From Yuukianura sp. NJ FZ-2021 (lineage: Eukaryota): a stretch of 64,000 bases of DNA. Made by a program: the position numbers and the translations under genes. Numbering within the stretch: the first letter of the stretch is position 1; each line of letters starts with the position of its first letter. Shown here piece after piece: positions 63,412 through 64,000 of this stretch. The notes beneath the pieces were generated by a model that had not been told where the DNA came from, did not search any database, and saw only the letters and a program-made list of their open reading frames with translations. The stretch spans positions 4,650,001-4,714,000 of the forward strand of contig CM102283.1 in NCBI GenBank assembly GCA_046563655.1, given 5' to 3'.

Positions 63412-64000
63412 ATGCAGAATAACCACATTCTACACAATAATGGTGCAAGTCGACTATTCTGCATGCATTGCCAATGCTCAACTACTCAAATTGGTTATAA
63501 ACCACTCAATCATCATTTAAATCTCGGAGGACCTGTAGACACTGCTGCACGAAATCTTCATCTGAGTCCGACCATTCTGGAGGCACTCACCCTCGTCTTC
63601 GGATTTAGAATGCCTTCTTCGTCGGACATAACTAATGGTGTACCACATCTTGGTACCAAAGCACAGTCTTTGGAAAATCTGGCAATTTGTATCAACTGTG
63701 AAAGTGTTCTTATTAATCTCTATAAAGTGTTTCTACTCTTCACTGAGCTGTCGAACGGGAAAGAGTCTTTTATTCTTAAGAACTCCATTATCAGTGGACG
63801 CATTCACAAGGAGGAAGACGTAATTCCGCTTCCTACTCTGCGAACAAGAATTACAGGTGGCAGAAGCAATTCTTTGCTGGTTGAACGTCTGTCGCAAGCA
63901 CAAGTCACAAATTCAGCTCATTCTCAGCATCATCTACTTGCTCCCAATACTTACAATTCCAACTTTAATCAAACAAATTCCTCCAGTTTAAGTACAATTC
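63412..64000 (+). CDS. Start of a ZAD (zf-AD)-like protein, runs off the window
   Basis: Open frame from ATG 63412 to the window end (absent from the ORF track): LFCMHC...ILEALTLVFG...ICINCESVLINLYKVF, two CxxC pairs followed by a helix. Confidence 0.6.
   Translation, partial: MQNNHILHNNGASRLFCMHCQCSTTQIGYKPLNHHLNLGGPVDTAARNLHLSPTILEALTLVFGFRMPSSSDITNGVPHLGTKAQSLENLAICINCESVLINLYKVFLLFTELSNGKESFILKNSIISGRIHKEEDVIPLPTLRTRITGGRSNSLLVERLSQAQVTNSAHSQHHLLAPNTYNSNFNQTNSSSLSTI

Overview
Eukaryotic, arthropod-like genomic DNA with short GT-AG introns of about 60-90 nt. Positions 1-12320 are a ~210-bp satellite array whose higher-order periodicity changes along its length. It ends abruptly at an ~11-kb mobile-DNA block (12.3-23.8 kb). 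The core of this block is a protein-primed family-B DNA polymerase gene of Polinton/Maverick/adintovirus type. I read this gene as spliced: four phase-1 introns join three C2H2 zinc fingers to a vOTU-like, HNH(EndoVII), exonuclease and polymerase body, with one in-frame TGA in finger 3. The block also holds a divergent acidic/basic orphan ORF, a CRE-like RT fragment, a tRNA-derived SINE-like head and a second, catalytically dead and broken pPolB paralogue. No capsid, ATPase, adenain or integrase gene is recognisable. The rest of the window is a compact host gene region: a chitin-binding (CBM14) protein, TAF5, tweety, a 144-aa orphan, Tim9, TRAPPC2, a BTB-BACK protein, THEM6, SUCO, chaoptin and the start of a ZAD-like protein. 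It is interspersed with foldback MITEs, minisatellites and a left-truncated PIF/Harbinger transposon (transposase plus MADF-BESS gene). All calls come from manual reading; no database searches were run.
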